From Ranitomeya imitator (taxonomy: Eukaryota): DNA of 64,000 nucleotides. Below are positions 59,206 through 64,000 of this stretch, one piece after another. The stretch lies in the NCBI RefSeq assembly GCF_032444005.1, contig NC_091284.1, positions 3,162,001-3,226,000 of the forward strand, written 5' to 3'. The notes below the pieces were generated by a model that was not told where the DNA came from, did no database searches, and saw only the letters and a program-made list of their open reading frames with translations. The first letter of the stretch is position 1, and every line of letters starts with the position of its first letter. The position numbers and the translations under genes are program-made.

Positions 59206-59756
59206 TATATATATATATATATATATTGTAGCATGGCTAAAGGGTGTGTAGTCGATGGGAGGTATGTGCCACATAAGTGCCTTGTTGCTGTAATGTAGCC
59301 CGGAATATTGCGTTGTTTTATATAACCATATGTTTGTGTTTCAGGACCTGTGGTAATGTCAGACCACATGGCTAATCATGTGATGGGTTACTGGGTGTGG
59401 TTAGTCCTATATAAGACTGGCTAATCCTTTACACAGCAGATATGTGTGGAGGTGAAACCCTCCTGAGTGTGTTCGGCTTCAGGACTGAGCCGGATGAACT
59501 GGACACTTGTTTTTCTTTACCTGAACCAAAGGCCCATTTTGCTTTCTGTTATTTGCCACATGGTTTATGAAGCAATAAACCCAGTGAACTTTAAAGGAAC
59601 ACGTCTCCTGAGTGTCAGCCGTCGCAGCTGAGTGAGTGAAATCGCTACAATTGGTGGAGACCTGCGAGCAGCGTTCCCAGCGGAGACGAGACGTGAGTAT
59701 ATTTTTGAATGTCCTGGGTCAAGGCTGTTGCAAGCCAGCAAGCATTGCCGGAGAAA

Positions 59757-59903
59757 ATGGAGGACCTGCTGAAACACTTGGTCCAGCAGGAGCAAAGGCA
59801 GCAAGAGACCAACAGGCTGTTGATGCAGCAGATACAACAGAGCCAGCAGCAGATACAACAGAGCCAGCAGGAGCAACGGCAGCAGATGCAGCAAAGCCAC
59901 TGA
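59757..59903 (+). pseudogene. Truncated gag N-terminus (Gln-rich coiled coil)
   Basis: MEDLLKHLVQQEQRQQETNRLLMQQIQQ...QSH*, joined directly to the pre-protease region. Confidence 0.7.
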
Positions 59904-59907
59904 GCAG

Positions 59908-62900
59908 ATGGACTGCAGCATGGGACGCCATTGTTCATACTATGCGTATCCAGTCTGTAGTGTGAACTCTCCATCCAACGAGGGACCTCAAGCGTGTCCC
60001 GTAAAGGTGAACGGTCGAGCAGTAACGGCACTGTTAGACTCGGGGAGCCTAGTGACCCTGGTGAGGGCCACTTTTCCTCTTCATCTGCTCCCAGGAAAGA
60101 AGGTCGGAGTGCGGTGCATACATGGTGATGCAAAGGACTACCCTATGGCCAGGGTGGACATTGAAACGGCATGTGGCACTGAGTCCCACATAGTCGGCGT
60201 AGTTCAGGACTTGTTGCACCCTATAATTATTGGCCGGGATTTCTGTTTGTTTTGGGATTTGTGGGGAAAGGGTTCTGAGCTCCCTGGCAGGGAACCAGTG
60301 AACCCTGGAACGGTATCACCACACCCAGAGGCAGACAGTTTTCCTTTTTGTGTTCTGGTTGGGGATGAGGAGGAAGTATCCCCTACATCTGACATTCTGG
60401 AATTAGAGGTTACCGGTGAAAATTTTGGGACTGCCCAACATAGGGACCCCACTCTGAGGGAAGCCTTTAATAATGTCACAGTTATTGACGGGGTGGTACA
60501 GGAGCCGGGGGCAGACAAAAGATTTCCCCATTTTCTGTTGAGGGGGGAATTGTTGTACCGGGTCACGAAAATAAGGGAGGAGTTGGTAGAGCAGTTGATA
60601 GTGCCGGGTCCGTATAGACGGAAAGTGTTGGACATGGCCCATTCACACATCTTGGGTGGACATCTAGGGGTGGAAAAAACGCAGGAACGGGTTGTGCAGA
60701 GGTTCTATTGGCCTGGGTGCCACCGGGAAATAGTGAACTATTGCAGGTCCTGCCCTACATGTCAGCTAACTGCTCCTACTCCTCATTTCCGAAACCCCCT
60801 TGTGCCACTGCCCATTATTGAGGTGCCATTCGAGAGAATTGCCATGGACTTGGTCGGTCCCTTAGTTAAATCAGCCCGGGGCCATCAGTATATATTAGTC
60901 ATCCTGGACTATGCCACACGCTATCCTGAGGCAATTCCCTTGAGAAATTCTTCCTCAAAGAGCATAGCCCGCGAGTTGGTCCATGTCTTTTCCCGGACAG
61001 GTCTGCCAAAGGAGATCCTGACTGACCAGGGTACACCTTTCATGAGCAAGGTGATGAGGGAGTTATGCAAAGCCCTGAAGATCTCCCAGTTGAGGACCTC
61101 GGTGTACCATCCCCAGTCAGATGGTCTTGTTGAGAGGTTTAACAAGACTCTAAAGAGCATGCTGAGAAAAGCTATAGAGAAAGACGGTAGAGACTGGGAT
61201 TGTCTCTTACCCTATCTGATGTTTTCCATTCGTGAAGTTCCACAGGCCTCCACAGGGTTCTCACCGTTTGAGCTTCTATATGGCCGACATCCACGAGGAC
61301 TCCTGGATATAGCCAAGGAAACCTGGGAAGCCGAAGTCACGCCCCACAGAAGCGTCATTGAGCATGTGGCCCTGATGCAGCAGAGGATTGCAAAGGTGAT
61401 GCCTATCGTGAAAGAACACCTTCTCCAAGCACAAGAAGCTCAAGCCAGGGTCTACAACCGGTCTGCAAGAGTGAGGCAGTTCAATTCGGGAGACCGAGTT
61501 CTGGTGTTAGTTCCAACGGTGGAAAGCAAGTTCTTGGCCAAATGGCAAGGGCCATATGAGGTTGTCGAGAAACTTGGTGAGGTAAATTATAAAATTCACC
61601 AACCAGGAAGACGGAAACTATTCCAAGTTTACCATGTCAACCTCATCAAGCCATGGCAAGATAGAGAGCCGACAGTTACTCCGTCATTGTTAAGCAACCC
61701 AGAAGGTGAGGTTGGAGCGGTTACTATAGCAGAGACGCTATCGAAAACCCAGAAACAGCAGTGCCGGGAGTTACTCCAGAAAAACAGGGACCTGTTTTCA
61801 GAATTGCCAGGATACACGAAGGTCATAGAGCACGAGGTCCTAACAGAGCCCCATGTGCGGGTGAATGTGAAACCTTATCGTATTCCTGAGGCTCGTCGAG
61901 AAGTTATCTCCAAGGAAGTGGAGCGTATGTTGAGGCTTGGAGTCATTGAGGAATCCAAGAGCGGTTGGTCAAGCCCAATTGTCCTGGTCCCAAAACCTGA
62001 TGGAGAGTGGAGGTTTTGCAACGACTATCGGAAGTTGAATGAGGTCTCCAAGTTCGACGCTTATCCCATGCCCCGTATTGATGAGCTCATCGAAAGGCTT
62101 GGGCACGCCAGATATATATCCACCTTGGATCTGACAAAGGGGTATTGGCAGATCCCCATGGCGCAGGAAGCCAAGGAGAAGACAGCCTTTTCGACACCTG
62201 ATGGATGCTTCCAGTATGCCCGGATGCCGTTTGGCCTACAGGGAGCTCCGGCGACCTTCCAGAGGGCTATGGATAGAGTTCTTGCACCCCATAAGGCCTA
62301 CGCTGCTGCGTACCTAGATGATATCGTCATCTTTACCCCGGACTGGGAGAGTCATCTGGAGAAAGTCCAAGCGGTGTTGGATGCTATAAGAGAGGCCGGA
62401 TTTACTATAAACCCAAAGAAGTGTGCCTTGGGTAAAGAAGAAGCTAAGTACCTTGGATACATAGTGGGTCACGGAGAAATAAAACCCCAAATCAGTAAAG
62501 TGGAGGCAATTCAAACGTGGCCAAAACCAGTTTCCAAGAAGCAAGTTAAAGCCTTCCTGGGAATCGTGGGATATTACAGGAGGTTCATCCCAAACTTCGC
62601 CACGATGGCTGCGCCTCTGACTGACCTGCTAAAAGGGACAAAACCAGTAATGGTTAAGTGGTCCGAAGAAACAGAGTCCGCCTTCCAAGAAATGAAAAAC
62701 GCTTTGTGTAAGCAACCCGTTCTGATGGCCCCAAACTTCAAGAAAGAGTTTATTCTTCAGACAGATGCCTCAGATGTTGGGGTGGGAGCAGTCCTTTCCC
62801 AAGAACTACATGGGGAGGAGCATCCTGTTCTCTATCTGAGTAGGAAGCTGTCCTCATCTGAAAAGAACTACTCAGTCGTTGAGAAGGAGTGCTTGGCCAT

Positions 62901-63237
62901 AAAATGGGCAGTCGACACATTGCGGTACTATCTGCTGGGACGTAAATTTAGACTGGTATCTGACCATGCCCCGCTTAGGTGGATGAGAGAAACGAAAGGA
63001 AGAAATGCTAGAGTCACCCGTTGGTTCTTAGCCCTGCAGGACTTCAGTTTCCATGTGGAACATAGGGCCGGAAAGCTGCACGGTAATGCGGATGCCCTAT
63101 CGAGAATCCCTTGTTTAGTGGGAGAAAGTGCCAAGCCCCACGGCTTTAGGCAGAGGGGGGAGGTATGTAGCATGGCTAAAGGGTTTGTAGTCGATGGGAG
63201 GTATGTGCCACATAAGTGCCTGGTTGCTGTAATGTAG
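59908..63237 (+). CDS. Uninterrupted pol ORF, 1109 aa: protease, integrase, RT, RNase H
   Basis: LLDSG; HSHILGGHLG..CPTC; MDLVG..LTDQG..DGLVERFN; AAYLDD; LQTDAS..EKECLA..SDH. The integrase lies upstream of RT. Confidence 0.93.
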   Translation: MDCSMGRHCSYYAYPVCSVNSPSNEGPQACPVKVNGRAVTALLDSGSLVTLVRATFPLHLLPGKKVGVRCIHGDAKDYPMARVDIETACGTESHIVGVVQDLLHPIIIGRDFCLFWDLWGKGSELPGREPVNPGTVSPHPEADSFPFCVLVGDEEEVSPTSDILELEVTGENFGTAQHRDPTLREAFNNVTVIDGVVQEPGADKRFPHFLLRGELLYRVTKIREELVEQLIVPGPYRRKVLDMAHSHILGGHLGVEKTQERVVQRFYWPGCHREIVNYCRSCPTCQLTAPTPHFRNPLVPLPIIEVPFERIAMDLVGPLVKSARGHQYILVILDYATRYPEAIPLRNSSSKSIARELVHVFSRTGLPKEILTDQGTPFMSKVMRELCKALKISQLRTSVYHPQSDGLVERFNKTLKSMLRKAIEKDGRDWDCLLPYLMFSIREVPQASTGFSPFELLYGRHPRGLLDIAKETWEAEVTPHRSVIEHVALMQQRIAKVMPIVKEHLLQAQEAQARVYNRSARVRQFNSGDRVLVLVPTVESKFLAKWQGPYEVVEKLGEVNYKIHQPGRRKLFQVYHVNLIKPWQDREPTVTPSLLSNPEGEVGAVTIAETLSKTQKQQCRELLQKNRDLFSELPGYTKVIEHEVLTEPHVRVNVKPYRIPEARREVISKEVERMLRLGVIEESKSGWSSPIVLVPKPDGEWRFCNDYRKLNEVSKFDAYPMPRIDELIERLGHARYISTLDLTKGYWQIPMAQEAKEKTAFSTPDGCFQYARMPFGLQGAPATFQRAMDRVLAPHKAYAAAYLDDIVIFTPDWESHLEKVQAVLDAIREAGFTINPKKCALGKEEAKYLGYIVGHGEIKPQISKVEAIQTWPKPVSKKQVKAFLGIVGYYRRFIPNFATMAAPLTDLLKGTKPVMVKWSEETESAFQEMKNALCKQPVLMAPNFKKEFILQTDASDVGVGAVLSQELHGEEHPVLYLSRKLSSSEKNYSVVEKECLAIKWAVDTLRYYLLGRKFRLVSDHAPLRWMRETKGRNARVTRWFLALQDFSFHVEHRAGKLHGNADALSRIPCLVGESAKPHGFRQRGEVCSMAKGFVVDGRYVPHKCLVAVM

Positions 63238-63589
63238 CCCGGAATATTGCGTTGTTTTATATAACCATATGTTTGTGTTTCAGGACCTGTGGTGATGTCA
63301 GACCACATGGCTAATCATGTGATAGATTACTGGGTGTGGTTAGTCCTATATAAGACTGGCTAATCCTTTACACAGCAGAGATGTGTGGAGGTGAAACCCT
63401 CCTGAGTGTGTTACGGCTTCAGGACTGAGCCGGATGAACTGGACACTTGTTTTCCTTTGCCTGAACCAAAGGCTATTTTGCTTTCTGTTGTTTTGCCACA
63501 TGGTTTATGAAGCAATAAACCCAGTGAACTTTAAAGGAACACGTCTCCTGAGTGTCAGCCGTCGCAGCTGAGTGAGTGAAATCGCTACA

Positions 63590-63664
63590 ATATATATATA
63601 TATAACCCTATAAATATCCCTATAACCCTATATATAACCTTACATATAACACTATATATAACCC
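63590..63664. repeat. C-strand copy of the TATAGGG satellite, exact inverted repeat of 58561-58620
   Basis: 63605-63664 is the reverse complement of 58561-58620, checked base by base. Confidence 0.93.
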
Positions 63665-64000
63665 CTAGGAGGCGGTTTTCATGCAATAGTCCAGGCAAGT
63701 TTATTTCACTTCATAAACCGCTCCGGGTGGCAAAGCAAAACCGAGACTGGTCAGGCACAAAGTGAAAGCAAACTGTAAACAGATAGTCCATATAGTACTG
63801 CAGGTCCACCCGCTCTGGTCAGTGTCTTTACCAACACACACGGGAGGTCTCCACACCTCCCGCCACAGACCCTGAATGAGACACTTGGCCTCCATTTTAT
63901 CTGCCAAACCATGCCCCTGGGGTGGGGATATGTGAGCCGTCATTCCCACCCATCTCTTATGACCGCTCGTAAAACCCGGCCCTGAAATGGCCAAATAACT

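Larger units (their letters stand above)
59227..63589 (+). mobile_element. Gmr1-type Ty3/Gypsy LTR retrotransposon (PR-INT-RT-RH), internally deleted in gag, 4363 bp
   Basis: LTRs 59227-59649 and 63166-63589 (TGTAGC...GCTACA). ATAT TSD within (TA)n; PBS TGGTGGAGA 59652-59660 (tRNA-Ala-like); PPT GGCAGAGGGGGGAGG 63149-63163. Confidence 0.96.

Noticed and set aside
50042-64000. GATD3 exon 2 (VLSGCGVYDG...)
   Set aside because: No such peptide behind an AG was found by eye; it is presumably beyond the window.
63665-64000. Start of another LTR-like element
   Set aside because: Truncated by the window edge; no second LTR, PBS or coding evidence.

Overview
Eukaryotic, repeat-saturated genomic DNA. 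The host is most likely a frog; this is inferred from the transposon families and gene style and is not proven. The window holds a complete 21-exon PWP2 gene on the + strand (CDS 3485-20298, 898 aa, GT-AG introns with consistent phases). It also holds the first coding exon of GATD3/ES1 (49940-50041, +), the same neighbour order as in mammals. Eleven PWP2 introns are 69-80 nt, while all six large introns carry their own minisatellites; one of these arose from the C-terminal coding end of a Tc1 transposase. The intergenic region contains an L1 remnant and a four-level nest: Tc1, then an L2 LINE, then a full-length chromodomain Gypsy element, then a TTAA MITE. The Gypsy element shows a Tf1/Sushi-type self-priming signature. 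A 10-kb train of abutting satellites runs up to the GATD3 promoter. GATD3 intron 1 holds more arrays, an L2 3'-end VNTR, a palindrome with two Helitron-like 3' ends and a Gmr1-type Gypsy element (INT before RT) with an intact pol ORF and a deleted gag. The last two elements sit in the (TA)n loop of a perfect 60-bp inverted repeat. Nearly all long ORFs in the supplied track are artefacts of tandem repeats. No CRISPR, rRNA or tRNA genes were found. All alignments and counts were made by eye.
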